64,000 nucleotides of DNA from Gammaproteobacteria bacterium (GTDB lineage Bacteria > Pseudomonadota > Gammaproteobacteria > Pseudomonadales > IMCC2047), in assembly GCA_021773395.1 (NCBI GenBank), contig JAJFKB010000004.1, forward strand, positions 26,087 to 90,086, written 5' to 3'. Shown here piece after piece: positions 26,745 to 36,377 of the stretch. A program made the position numbers and the translations under genes. Position 1 is the first letter of the stretch; every line of letters begins with the position of its first letter. The notes beneath the pieces were generated by a model. It searched no databases. It had not been told where the DNA came from and saw nothing but the letters and a program-made list of their open reading frames with translations.

Positions 26745-29027
26745 ATGTCTATTGAAGAGCAGTTTCAGCAAGCAAGACTGGCCAAGCAAGGTCAATACGA
26801 AGTCCGCACCAATCTCATGCACAATGGTGAGCCAGTTTACACTAATCGCCTGATTTTCGAGGACTCCCCCTATTTACTGCAGCATGCGCATAACCCCGTG
26901 AACTGGTATCCCTGGGGCGATGAGGCATTCGTTACTGCATCTGCTGAAAACAAACCCATTTTTCTCTCCATCGGCTATTCAACCTGCCATTGGTGTCATG
27001 TAATGGAGGAGGAAAGTTTTGATAATGAGCAAGTCGCCGAGTTATTAAATACCCATTTCATCAGTATCAAGGTTGATCGAGAGCAACGCCCAGATCTGGA
27101 TGAAATATATATGACTGGCGTACAACTGATCAGTGGGCAGGGCGGCTGGCCAATGAGCAGTTTTCTAACGAGCGAAGGCAAGCCATTTTACGGCGCCACC
27201 TATTTCCCGCCTCAACAGTTTATGTCGCTGCTACAGCGCATTCAGCAATTTTGGTCACTAAAGCGGGAAGCTATCGAGAGTGATGCGCTATCCATTTCAA
27301 ATAAAATCCACCAACAACTGACGCACCGTGAAAAAGCTCTGGAAATAGGGCAACTGCAAATCAACCAGGCCTTATCCGCATTGAAAGAGAATGAGGATAC
27401 GCAGTGCGGCGGATTTGGCAACACACCAAAATTTCCGAACGAAAGTAACCTGCTATTGCTGCTGGATCAACTGGAACGGGATAAAGGGCCTCTAGACGAA
27501 AACCCGCTTTGGAATACCTTGAACCGAGCCCTCATGGCAATGCTTCAGGGTGGCATTTATGACCAGTTGGCCGGTGGTTTTCACCGTTATGCAACGGACC
27601 GCCATTGGCTAGTACCTCATTTTGAAAAAATGCTCTATAACCAGGCACAACTAGCTCAACTCTTCGCGCGTACGTGGCGACTGAGTGGCGCTGAAATTAA
27701 CGGCAATGCAGAATATCGACGAATTTGCGAAGAAACTCTGGATTACGTCTTACGTGAGATGCGTACTGAAAAAGGCACTTTTTATTCGGCAACTGATGCC
27801 GACAGTGAGGGTCATGAGGGCAAATTTTTCGTATGGTCCTGGCATGAGCTTAAGCAGCTACTCTCGGAACCCCAGATAGACTTATTGAAAGTGGTATATG
27901 GCACCAGCAAAGGCGGGAATTTTGAAGGTAACAATATTCTGTTTCTTCCTAAGCCACTCATCAAAGTCGCTGAACGAATGAAAATTTCATACCATCAATT
28001 ACTGGATGAAATCGATAAAGTAAAGCAGCTACTTTACCCCGTTCGTCAAAAACGCCCTGCCCCGCTGCGTGACGAAAAAGTGATCACCGAATGGAACGCT
28101 ATGATGATTAAGGCCTTCGCTGAGGCCGGTTTAATACTCAACCAAACCCGATATACCGAAGCCGCCGAACAAGCGGCACTGTCAATCTGGGACAATAGCC
28201 GCGACACAAATGGGCTATTATTGCGTATTTACTATAACGGAATTGCTTCCGGTGCCGCCAATCTGGAGGACTATAGCCATTATCTGCAGGCACTGATCAA
28301 ACTGTACGACGCCACAGCAAATAGAGACTGGCTGGATAAAGCCCGACAACTCTGGAGGCAAATGAGTTCTCTTTTTTGGGAGCCCGATGGCGGCGGGTTC
28401 TATACCAGTCAAACAAACACCGAGGGGCCATTAATCGTTCGTGCACAGCCCTATTTTGATGGTGCGACCCCATCCGGCAACGCGGTGGCTTTGGCTGCAC
28501 TGTGTGCTCTTAACGAGCGTTGTTGTGAGGCTGGGCTGGAACAACAAATTAACCAGCTAATTGCACGTTTTTCCGCAATGTTGGAAAAAGCCCCTATGGC
28601 GATGTGCTATATGCTAACGGGTATTGCACAGCGGCTGAGCTCAAATCCTAGCTGTGTGCAATATGCAGCTCAGGGTGCGATAAAAGTGGACGCTGAATTA
28701 ACTGCAACACTAGACAATCGATTTTTCGCAACGCTGGATCTTAATATAAGCAGTGGCTGGCATATCAATGACCAGAAGGCAGCGGATAAAAATTTGATTG
28801 CCACCCAGGTTGGGCTGGGCAATAGCGATGCCGCATGGACGTTAGTTAACTCCCAGTATCTGCCATCAAGCCCTCGTCTGGGCATGGGCTATCAGGGTCA
28901 CTTAAGGATTCAGCTGGATCTGGAGCGACATTTAACCAATGTGCCACTGCTTATTTTGATGCAATTGCAGGCTTGCAGCGACTCCAATTGTCTCGCGCCG
29001 CAACAAATTGAGATACTATTGCACTAA
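26745..29027 (+). CDS. thioredoxin-domain protein of the YyaL/DUF255 family with (alpha/alpha)6 barrel and an extra C-terminal DsbD-alpha-like domain
   Basis: 760 aa. [34 protein letters not shown] (CxxC), [15 protein letters not shown], then GGFHRY. The tail is ...[11 protein letters not shown]...[15 protein letters not shown]. Confidence 0.8.
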   Translation: MSIEEQFQQARLAKQGQYEVRTNLMHNGEPVYTNRLIFEDSPYLLQHAHNPVNWYPWGDEAFVTASAENKPIFLSIGYSTCHWCHVMEEESFDNEQVAELLNTHFISIKVDREQRPDLDEIYMTGVQLISGQGGWPMSSFLTSEGKPFYGATYFPPQQFMSLLQRIQQFWSLKREAIESDALSISNKIHQQLTHREKALEIGQLQINQALSALKENEDTQCGGFGNTPKFPNESNLLLLLDQLERDKGPLDENPLWNTLNRALMAMLQGGIYDQLAGGFHRYATDRHWLVPHFEKMLYNQAQLAQLFARTWRLSGAEINGNAEYRRICEETLDYVLREMRTEKGTFYSATDADSEGHEGKFFVWSWHELKQLLSEPQIDLLKVVYGTSKGGNFEGNNILFLPKPLIKVAERMKISYHQLLDEIDKVKQLLYPVRQKRPAPLRDEKVITEWNAMMIKAFAEAGLILNQTRYTEAAEQAALSIWDNSRDTNGLLLRIYYNGIASGAANLEDYSHYLQALIKLYDATANRDWLDKARQLWRQMSSLFWEPDGGGFYTSQTNTEGPLIVRAQPYFDGATPSGNAVALAALCALNERCCEAGLEQQINQLIARFSAMLEKAPMAMCYMLTGIAQRLSSNPSCVQYAAQGAIKVDAELTATLDNRFFATLDLNISSGWHINDQKAADKNLIATQVGLGNSDAAWTLVNSQYLPSSPRLGMGYQGHLRIQLDLERHLTNVPLLILMQLQACSDSNCLAPQQIEILLH

Positions 29028-29053
29028 GGTAAGCCAATAGGGACTTTTGTAAA

Positions 29054-30370
29054 ATGCCAATCACCTTCAAAACAAACCGTATAGTTTCCATTATCTTCTG
29101 TTTCAGCTGTATTGGAGCAAGTACTTCTTTTGCCGCACCTCTTGATCCGGGAGTCGAATCCGGCAGCAACCGGGTGGAAAAACAGGTTATTCAATGGCGT
29201 CATCATTTCCACCAAAACCCTGAACTATCGAATCGTGAGTATAAAACAGCCAGACAGATAGCCCGCCACCTGAAAAAAATGGGGCTTGAGGTGCAAACCG
29301 GTATCGCTCACACCGGTGTTGTAGGCATTCTCAAAGGGGACAAACCCGGCCCAGTGGTGGCACTCCGGGCAGACATTGATGCCTTACCTGTCGAAGAAAA
29401 AACCGGCCTGCCCTATGCGTCCAAGGTGAAAACCACCTATGTCGGTCAGGAGGTGGGGGTGATGCATGCCTGCGGACACGATGCCCATATCGCCATCTTA
29501 CTAGGCGTAGCGAGCGTTCTTTCAGAAATGAAGCCCACAATACCCGGTACCGTAAAATTCATCTTTCAACCGGCTGAAGAGGGGCCACCCGCTGGAGAGG
29601 AAGGTGGCGCCAAATTGATGATTAAAGAGGGTGTGCTCGATGGTCCAGTAAAACCCGAAGCCATTTTTGCCCTGCATGTCTGGCCAGACAGAGCCGGCGA
29701 TATTACCTACCGTTCAGGAGGCGCTATGGCTGCCGCAGATGGCCTTGAAATCACCGTGCGCGGTAAACAAACACATGGGTCTTCACCTTGGGCCGGGGTC
29801 GACCCTATCATCGTTTCTGCGCAAATCATGAATGCGCTGCAGCTGATCCCCAGTCGTCAACTGGACATCACTCGGGCCCCTTCTGTTATCACAATAGGCA
29901 GCATCCATGGCGGCATTCGAGGCAATATAATTCCGGATGAAGTCAAAATGACTGGCACTATACGGACTTTCGATAAAAGTATTCGTCAGGAGTTGCTGGA
30001 ACGCCTGAACAAAACCGCTGTAGCCATTGCGGATGCGGCTGGCGCCACTGCAGAAGTGGTCATAACTCCCTACGCGCCAGTAACCTATAACCAACCTGAA
30101 CTCACCACAAGAATGCTTCCGTCGTTACAAAAAGCGGTTGGAAAAGAGAACGTAAAGCAGGGATCTCTGGTAATGGGAGCCGAAGACTTTTCTTACTTTC
30201 AAGAAAAAATACCCGGACTCTATGTGTTCCTCGGAGTCAGAAAGGAAGGTATTGCCGCAGGCGAGGCCGCGAGTAATCACAGCCCCTTTTTCTATGTCAA
30301 CGATAACGCACTTAAAAATGGCGTACGAACACTATCAACCCTGGCCCTGGATTTTCTTCGAAACCCCTGA
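29054..30370 (+). CDS. M20D-family amidohydrolase (N-acyl-amino-acid / hippurate hydrolase-like), secreted
   Basis: 438 aa with a signal peptide (IIFCFSCIGASTSFAAP). HQNPELS, ALRADIDALP, MHACGHDAH, FQPAEEG. Confidence 0.85.
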   Translation: MPITFKTNRIVSIIFCFSCIGASTSFAAPLDPGVESGSNRVEKQVIQWRHHFHQNPELSNREYKTARQIARHLKKMGLEVQTGIAHTGVVGILKGDKPGPVVALRADIDALPVEEKTGLPYASKVKTTYVGQEVGVMHACGHDAHIAILLGVASVLSEMKPTIPGTVKFIFQPAEEGPPAGEEGGAKLMIKEGVLDGPVKPEAIFALHVWPDRAGDITYRSGGAMAAADGLEITVRGKQTHGSSPWAGVDPIIVSAQIMNALQLIPSRQLDITRAPSVITIGSIHGGIRGNIIPDEVKMTGTIRTFDKSIRQELLERLNKTAVAIADAAGATAEVVITPYAPVTYNQPELTTRMLPSLQKAVGKENVKQGSLVMGAEDFSYFQEKIPGLYVFLGVRKEGIAAGEAASNHSPFFYVNDNALKNGVRTLSTLALDFLRNP

Positions 30371-30405
30371 TCAGCTCTGATCCGTCACTACTCTATTGAT
30401 ATCAA

Positions 30406-32271
30406 TCATGAATGGAACAGCTCGCCGATTACTTCTGCGGCCTGTTCCCGAATTTCCGGCCAAGCGACCAGCGCACTCGCATAATTCCTGCCCAGTTCGC
30501 AGAGATAGGCCAGTTTTTCTTTATTGGTAGCACCTGCATGAACCCCCAAATCCAGCAAGCTATTGTCCTGCTCCTGAATCGCCTGATAATTGTCCGCCAG
30601 ACCTTTATTTAGATAGCTCAGCCACCTCTCATTATCGGATGAGGATTCTTTCAGCAACTCTTCCAATCTAAACAAAAGGCCAACTCTTCTTTCTGTAAGC
30701 AGTTTCAGATGAAGCTGCAACAGCTCCTCCTCATTCCGGTCACAAAGCTCATTTAATTTGCTGGCCAACGATTCAAGGCGGCAGGAAACGGAAACCGCAG
30801 AAACCTCCTGCTTCCAGTTATGAATACACTGTGCCACCATTGCGCTGCCACTTTGAACCTTTAAGCTATCGCCATTAATGTAACCCGACCGTTCGGGCAT
30901 TGGCAGATGGGGAACGGCCCAGGGATAATCAAGCGCCAGTGATGTGGGGTAGAGAAAATCAACCATACAGCCGAAAATCAGGTCTTCGCCACGAAATATG
31001 GGAAAATAAGGCGGCAATAGCTCCCGGTTATCCATACCTGTCATGGGTGACATATTAAAATTATTGGCAAAGTAAGCCTTGCTTCTACCTAACCAGAGGT
31101 TTCTCAGTTCAAAGGCCTGTTCCAACTTCCCCTCTTCACTCAACAACCGTTGACGAGAGGCCTCGCTGAGCGAAGGTAACCAGTTAATTGTACTAGCGCC
31201 TGGATCTCCCAAAGTCCCGCATGCTGTCATCATCACTTTCGAATTTGTACGGATCTTTTTAAGGTAATCCACCGACACGCCCTTCACGTCCTCCGGTGCG
31301 ATGTCATCAACCCCAAGGTTCGCCAATGCCTGATCAAACTCCACTCCCAAACATCGACAGAACTCAGCCAGAGGATCGAGATCCAGGGGGGTAGCATTTT
31401 CAAAACAGGCATCGCGAGTCTGGAAAAAATCGGCTTCCCTGATCTGCTCCGAAATCTCTACGCCCCCCTCAAATCGCTTCGGTTGATACAACTTGCAAAC
31501 TACATCGTCATCAATTAATACCGTGCGATAACCAATCGATAAGAGCAGGCCGAAGTTACGCGCACAACCACATGAATGCGCTGACTGCCAGCGTTCAGGA
31601 TCTATCAGAAACCGAATCTGCCGCTCATAGTGTGGCAGTCGATCAATCAACCTTTCAAGTATGGATTTTTGTTCGCTACGGCCTACGTAAACCAGAGGAA
31701 ATCCCGACTTGTCCTGAAAAGCGGAAACCAGCCTTTGGTTTAACTCAATATTCCCGGCATCCCTTGAATCATCAACGAGATAGCAACACCTAATTTTAGC
31801 AGGGTCGCTATTGTTAACCATGGAATCAATTAGTCGCTCAGCCAGCTCCGGACGATCACAGGTGGTAATCCATATAATTGGCTGGTCAACAAGCTCAACC
31901 TTACCCGCTGCTACCGGTAGTGTTTCGCAAACCTGCTTCGCGGACAGCATCAGTCCGGCGTCTAAAGTCGTCTTGATCACTGTAGTAATATCGGATGCTT
32001 TTCCCTGCAACTCAGGCATTTTCTTTAACAGAAAATCCACATGGCCATCCAGGGTCCGAAATTCACGACAGTGGTCCAGTGCGATGTAAACATCGCGACT
32101 CAGCGCTGTCTGCTTCTGGTTATATTCATTAAAAACCAAAACCGAATTATTCGGCAAATAATGATGTTCGCTGGCTGCGAAAGCAATCAGGTCCGGCTTC
32201 TTTTCAGCAACGGGCTTTTGCTCCAGATCGGATAAGCTGAAGGAGTAATTTATATTGAGATCTTTATCCAA
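30406..32271 (-). CDS. orphan GT-A (family-2-like) glycosyltransferase with an N-terminal PqqD/RRE-like segment and a helical C-terminal region
   Basis: 621 aa. GT2-like strings: IIWITTCDRPELAERL, YLVDDSRD, CARNFGLLLSIGYRTVLIDDDV (DxD), RGEDLIFG. N-terminal residues about 40-115 (VLVFNEYNQKQTALSRDVYIALDHCREFRTLDGHVDFLLKKMPEL...IKTTLDAGLML) follow the PqqD strand/helix pattern. Confidence 0.55.
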   Translation of the reverse strand: MDKDLNINYSFSLSDLEQKPVAEKKPDLIAFAASEHHYLPNNSVLVFNEYNQKQTALSRDVYIALDHCREFRTLDGHVDFLLKKMPELQGKASDITTVIKTTLDAGLMLSAKQVCETLPVAAGKVELVDQPIIWITTCDRPELAERLIDSMVNNSDPAKIRCCYLVDDSRDAGNIELNQRLVSAFQDKSGFPLVYVGRSEQKSILERLIDRLPHYERQIRFLIDPERWQSAHSCGCARNFGLLLSIGYRTVLIDDDVVCKLYQPKRFEGGVEISEQIREADFFQTRDACFENATPLDLDPLAEFCRCLGVEFDQALANLGVDDIAPEDVKGVSVDYLKKIRTNSKVMMTACGTLGDPGASTINWLPSLSEASRQRLLSEEGKLEQAFELRNLWLGRSKAYFANNFNMSPMTGMDNRELLPPYFPIFRGEDLIFGCMVDFLYPTSLALDYPWAVPHLPMPERSGYINGDSLKVQSGSAMVAQCIHNWKQEVSAVSVSCRLESLASKLNELCDRNEEELLQLHLKLLTERRVGLLFRLEELLKESSSDNERWLSYLNKGLADNYQAIQEQDNSLLDLGVHAGATNKEKLAYLCELGRNYASALVAWPEIREQAAEVIGELFHS

Positions 32272-32439
32272 TTTACAATTTCCATTCTAAAACGAATTTT
32301 GAATCATATCTTGAACACCAGGATATGTGAACCAACGTCCAATAAATATCGATATCAAGCCATAAAAGACTGTCAGATAGTTTTACACTAGCGCTGCATT
32401 TCACAAACAAAATCCACCTAACCTGTTGTTTTAATTGAT

Positions 32440-32456
32440 AAGGCGCGTTTTTTGCA
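32440..32456 (+). promoter_or_regulatory. candidate sigma-54 (-24/-12) promoter
   Basis: AAGGCGCGTTTTTTGCA. GG (32442-43) and GC (32454-55) are separated by exactly 10 nt. Matches TGGCACG-N4-TTGCW at all but 2 specified positions. Lies 44-65 nt upstream of the small ORF start candidates. Confidence 0.45.
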
Positions 32457-32499
32457 TATGTTTATCAGGGTGTAAAACAATTGTAATCGAGGTAGCAAA

Positions 32500-32739
32500 T
32501 TGGCCAACAGCGAATTTACTATGGGTGGCGGTGCTCGACATTCCAGATTGCGCGAAGGTGAGAAAAAATCACCTCCCTTTCGCTCGAAACGATTCTTTCA
32601 AATGAACGGTGGCTGGTATATTGCTCTCAGAGGCGGTGCGATCAAAGGCCCTTATACCAGCCAGCTGCACGCTGAGGAAATGATGGAGAGTGTCCTGTCA
32701 ATGCGCGTATCCCAAAACTGGGATACACATAGCATCTAG
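32500..32739 (+). CDS. small conserved protein (DUF6316-like pattern)
   Basis: 79 aa (or 72 aa from ATG 32521). RSKRFFQMNGGWYIALRGGAIKGPYTSQLHAEEMME resembles the R-x-x-R-F-F..G.WYF..REG..GPF...AE pattern recalled for DUF6316. Confidence 0.45.
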   Translation: MANSEFTMGGGARHSRLREGEKKSPPFRSKRFFQMNGGWYIALRGGAIKGPYTSQLHAEEMMESVLSMRVSQNWDTHSI

Positions 32740-32757
32740 CGTTTGTGCAGCTTCTTT

Positions 32758-33231
32758 TTAAGACTGCGTGGCCCGCAGCATCCAGGCGGTTTTCTCATGA
32801 ACTCTCATGCGATCAGAGACCAGTGCAGCAGTAGATTCGTCATCTGCCTGCTGCGCTCTTACCAACACTTCTCGACAGGTCCTCACAACCTGCTCGTGTC
32901 CCTGTGTCAGCAGGCCGACCATTTCTGCCGCTGCAGGAACTCCCTCCACTTCTTTGATAGAACTCAACTCAAAAAAAGCTTTGTAGGTTCCTGGAGCAAC
33001 CACATCAAGCGTGCGTATCCTTTCCGCAATCTCATCCACAGCAAGTGCCAGTTCCAGGTAATGCTCCTCAAACATCAGGTGTAATTCGCGAAACTGTGGT
33101 CCAGTCACATTCCAATGAAAATTATGTGTCTGCAAATAAAGCGTGTATGAATCCGCGAGTAATCGCTTTAAACCGGCGGCAATTTCAATTCGATCCTGTT
33201 CATTTATGCCAATATCAATCTTGTGCATCAT
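32758..33231 (-). CDS. dps: Dps (DNA starvation/stationary-phase protection protein)
   Basis: 157 aa. [38 protein letters not shown] with ferroxidase-site His/Asp/Glu. Confidence 0.92.
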   Translation of the reverse strand: MMHKIDIGINEQDRIEIAAGLKRLLADSYTLYLQTHNFHWNVTGPQFRELHLMFEEHYLELALAVDEIAERIRTLDVVAPGTYKAFFELSSIKEVEGVPAAAEMVGLLTQGHEQVVRTCREVLVRAQQADDESTAALVSDRMRVHEKTAWMLRATQS

Positions 33232-33376
33232 TTGGTACTCCGTTGTTAATTGATTACATCTCTATATTGCCAAGATCCAATCAATAATTATATTTAATTT
33301 AATCTATACATATGATTTGTTTTATATATTAATGACAACTCACTAATGGTATTCACTTTGCATTCTTTCTATACTA

Positions 33377-33545
33377 AGGAACCTCTGAATAACTCCTTGA
33401 TATCTCTGGCTCACAGAGCATTTGTAGATCAAGGCGGCTTTGTGCAGGAAAGTCCAGACCTTGCAAACAAAGCCAACGCAGAGCTACGAATACTCTGTAA
33501 TCCCCGTAGGGCGAGGCATGAAGGAGTTATTCAGAGGTCTCCTAA
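33377..33545 (+). ncRNA. structured RNA candidate with 6S-RNA-like rod architecture
   Basis: A perfect 17-bp long-range helix pairs cctctgaataactcctt (33382-33398) with aaggagttattcagagg (33521-33537), and it is extendable with one bulge. Apical helix ggctttgt (33436-33443) / acaaagcc (33467-33474) plus gcagg/ccttgc. TATACT -10-like hexamer at 33370-33375. The overlapping 86-aa ORF has no recognisable features. Confidence 0.45.
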
Positions 33546-33602
33546 CCAATCAGCCACCACACTTCTCGCGCTGAGCCAAACCTACTCAGAAAAGGCCGCC
33601 AA

Positions 33603-34034
33603 ATGACCGGTAACGACATAAAAGCCAGAGTTCTAGCCGCTAACCTTCAATTTTATCAGGCGCTCTCACACGCAGACTTGGACTCAATGATTAGCCTTTG
33701 GTTGCATAGCGACGATGCACAATGTGTCCACCCGGGCTGGAACCGGCTGCAGGGCTGGATCAATATTGAAAAGAGCTGGAGAATGATATTTGAGAATTCC
33801 AACAAAGTGCCAGTCATTCCTGGCAATCTTCGTGTTAGCTGGTGCGAGCAAATGGCCTGGGTAAATTGCATCGAAAATATTGCGGCACCGGAAACCAATC
33901 CCCATGCCATTAAAACGATCTGCACCAACGTATACCAAAAAAATGACGACGTTTGGAAAATGGTGATTCACCACTCATCCTTTGCTGAAGTTATGCCCGG
34001 GCCGATCGAAGGCGGATTTCCTCCGCTGCATTAG
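33603..34034 (+). CDS. SnoaL-like / NTF2-fold protein (DUF4440-like)
   Basis: 143 aa. N-terminal ...ANLQFYQALSHADLDSMISLW..D..CVHPGW and a C-terminal W-rich beta sheet are typical of NTF2-like proteins. Confidence 0.65.
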   Translation: MTGNDIKARVLAANLQFYQALSHADLDSMISLWLHSDDAQCVHPGWNRLQGWINIEKSWRMIFENSNKVPVIPGNLRVSWCEQMAWVNCIENIAAPETNPHAIKTICTNVYQKNDDVWKMVIHHSSFAEVMPGPIEGGFPPLH

Positions 34035-34113
34035 TCGAGCTAGTGCAATACTCCACCTTTGTCCAGGATTAGGGTAACGAGAATTCGTCTGCTACCTATA
34101 GGGATAATACAAT

Positions 34114-34875
34114 TTGGAACTCTCTTTTTTTTTGCTGGCCATACCGGTGGTTTTACTCACCGGAATATCAAAAGGAGGATTTGCCGGAGGTCTGGGTACT
34201 CTAGCCGTACCACTGCTCGCTCTACTGATTGATCCCAGGCAAGCCGCAGCGATCATGCTTCCTATTCTATGCCTGATGGATCTATTCGGCGCCTGGGCAT
34301 ATCGTCATCAATGGGATGCAACCAACCTCAAGTTATTATTACCCGGTGCGATATTTGGAATTGTGTGCGGTGCGCTGACTTTTCACCTGATGAATGCGGA
34401 TCTTATTAGAATAATGGTGGGTACGCTTTCTATCTACTTTGTAGCGCACTATTGGTATTCAACGCGTGCGCCTCAGAATACAGGAAAAACTTTACCGAAC
34501 AGAATGAAGGGTAGGTTTTGGGGTGCCGTGAGTGGATTTTCCAGTTTTATCGCCCACGCCGGTGGACCACCACTTTCTATCTATCTGTTCCCACAAAAAA
34601 TGGATAAAACTTTACTGGTCGGCACCTCGGTGATGTTTTTTATCAGCGTCAACTATCTTAAGCTGATTCCTTGTGTCTGGCTCGGCCAACTAAATTTGAC
34701 CAATCTGGGCATCTCCCTGTTGCTACTCCCACTCGCACCTATCGGCGTGAAGCTGGGCATCTGGATGCACACCCGGATTTCTAAAAATACATTTTATTCA
34801 ATATGTTATGGATTATTATTGATTGTGGGAATAAAACTGTTGGTTGAGGGCCTAACTGCGATAATCGCTCGATAG
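34114..34875 (+). CDS. TauE/SafE (DUF81) family anion exporter, second copy
   Basis: 253 aa with 7-8 TM segments. LTGISKGGFAGGLGTLAVPLL and FIAHAGGPPLSIYL repeats. TTG start. Confidence 0.8.
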   Translation: MELSFFLLAIPVVLLTGISKGGFAGGLGTLAVPLLALLIDPRQAAAIMLPILCLMDLFGAWAYRHQWDATNLKLLLPGAIFGIVCGALTFHLMNADLIRIMVGTLSIYFVAHYWYSTRAPQNTGKTLPNRMKGRFWGAVSGFSSFIAHAGGPPLSIYLFPQKMDKTLLVGTSVMFFISVNYLKLIPCVWLGQLNLTNLGISLLLLPLAPIGVKLGIWMHTRISKNTFYSICYGLLLIVGIKLLVEGLTAIIAR

Positions 34876-34913
34876 ACCCTGCAAACCATACCAGGAGTTT
34901 GAACCAGAGCGAA

Positions 34914-36092
34914 TTAACGCTCCACCGCCAGCGCCACTCCCATGCCACCGCCTATGCAGAGAGTCGCAAGGCCTTTATGTGCATCACGCTTGATCATTTC
35001 ATGAATTAAAGTGACCAGCACACGACAGCCTGAAGCACCAATCGGGTGCCCTAGAGCGATAGCACCGCCGTTAACGTTAACCTTATCGGTATCCCAACCC
35101 ATCTCGCTGTTTACTGCGATAGCCTGCACAGCAAATGCTTCGTTTGCTTCAATCAGATCCAGGTCACTCACTTCCCAACCCGCCTTTTTTAAGCAGGCTT
35201 TACTGGCTGGAATCGGACCGGTACCCATGACTTCCGGATTGACACCGCCATTGGCATAGGCCTTAATCCTGGCTAACGGGGTCAAGCCCAGCTGAGCCGC
35301 CTTCTCTTCACTCATCAAAATGACTGCAGCTGCACCATCATTGATACCTGAAGCGTTACCTGCAGTCACTGTACCGTCTTTTTTAAATGCAGGACGCAAC
35401 TTACCCAAAGACTCGGCTGTTGTACCGTGCTTAGGATATTCATCACGATCAAAAATAATCGGGTCTTTCTTGCGCTTCGGGATACTAACCGGAATAATTT
35501 CTTCGGCAAACCTGTCGCTGTTCTGAGCAGCCTCCGCTTTTTGCTGGGATAACGCAGAAAACTGATCCTGCTGATTTCGCGAAATATCAAACCGCTCTTG
35601 AATATTCTCGGCAGTCACTCCCATATGGTAATCGTTGAAAGCATCCCAAAGTCCATCCTTGACCATCGTATCAACCAACTCCCAGTTACCCATTCGCTGA
35701 CCATTGCGGGAGTTAGGTAGAATATGCGCAGACTGGCTCATGTTTTCCTGGCCACCGGCTATTACGACATCCGCATCACCCAAGGCGATTGCCTGAGCAC
35801 CAAGATGTACGGCTTTCAAGCCAGAACCACATACCTTGTTTATCGTCATGGCTGGTGTAGTGGCAGGCAATCCCGCATTAATCGCTGACTGACGTGCCGG
35901 GTTCTGACCGCAACCGGCCATCAACACCTGCCCCATCAGCACCTCATCAACTTCCGCAGGATCTACGCCGGTCTGCTCAAGCAGCCCTTTGATGACTGCG
36001 CTACCCAGCTGATCCGCGCTTAAAGACGCCAACGTGCCATTAAAACTACCGATGGCGGTGCGACCCGCGCCGACGATTACGACATTATGCAT
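34914..36092 (-). CDS. acetyl-CoA C-acetyltransferase (thiolase II)
   Basis: 392 aa. [11 protein letters not shown] (active Cys), [35 protein letters not shown]. Confidence 0.95.
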   Translation of the reverse strand: MHNVVIVGAGRTAIGSFNGTLASLSADQLGSAVIKGLLEQTGVDPAEVDEVLMGQVLMAGCGQNPARQSAINAGLPATTPAMTINKVCGSGLKAVHLGAQAIALGDADVVIAGGQENMSQSAHILPNSRNGQRMGNWELVDTMVKDGLWDAFNDYHMGVTAENIQERFDISRNQQDQFSALSQQKAEAAQNSDRFAEEIIPVSIPKRKKDPIIFDRDEYPKHGTTAESLGKLRPAFKKDGTVTAGNASGINDGAAAVILMSEEKAAQLGLTPLARIKAYANGGVNPEVMGTGPIPASKACLKKAGWEVSDLDLIEANEAFAVQAIAVNSEMGWDTDKVNVNGGAIALGHPIGASGCRVLVTLIHEMIKRDAHKGLATLCIGGGMGVALAVER

Positions 36093-36235
36093 AAAGCTCT
36101 ACCCTATTTTATTTTGTATGTATTCATTAACAATTTTTGCAGTGCATAATTTACACTGAAATACCTATTCGGCGCAAATCTGACAAAAAATTAGTGAACT
36201 CAGATCAAAAAACACGCAGTTTCAAGTAATAAGCT

Positions 36236-36374
36236 GAGATCTTTGCATAATGTAGCGAGCGACGGTAAGACAAGGCAAAAATCGGCGAAAAAGCGGAGTT
36301 TATACTTATAAATGAGCATTTTGAGCCGGTTTTTAACACAGTATTACCTAGCGTAGTAGTTATGCAAAGGTCTC
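36236..36374. mobile_element. MITE-like element, copy B
   Basis: gagatctttgcataatgtagcgagcgacggtaag...cctagcgtagtagttatgcaaaggtctc. Same termini as copy A with a different, shorter interior. Ends 3 nt from the acs stop codon. Confidence 0.6.
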
Positions 36375-36377
36375 AAG

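Noticed and set aside
33346-33606. 86-aa ORF between dps and the SnoaL-like gene
   Set aside because: It coincides with a region dominated by long-range perfect base pairing (the 6S-like rod). It has no Shine-Dalgarno sequence and no recognisable protein features. It is treated as non-coding, although only expression data can settle this.
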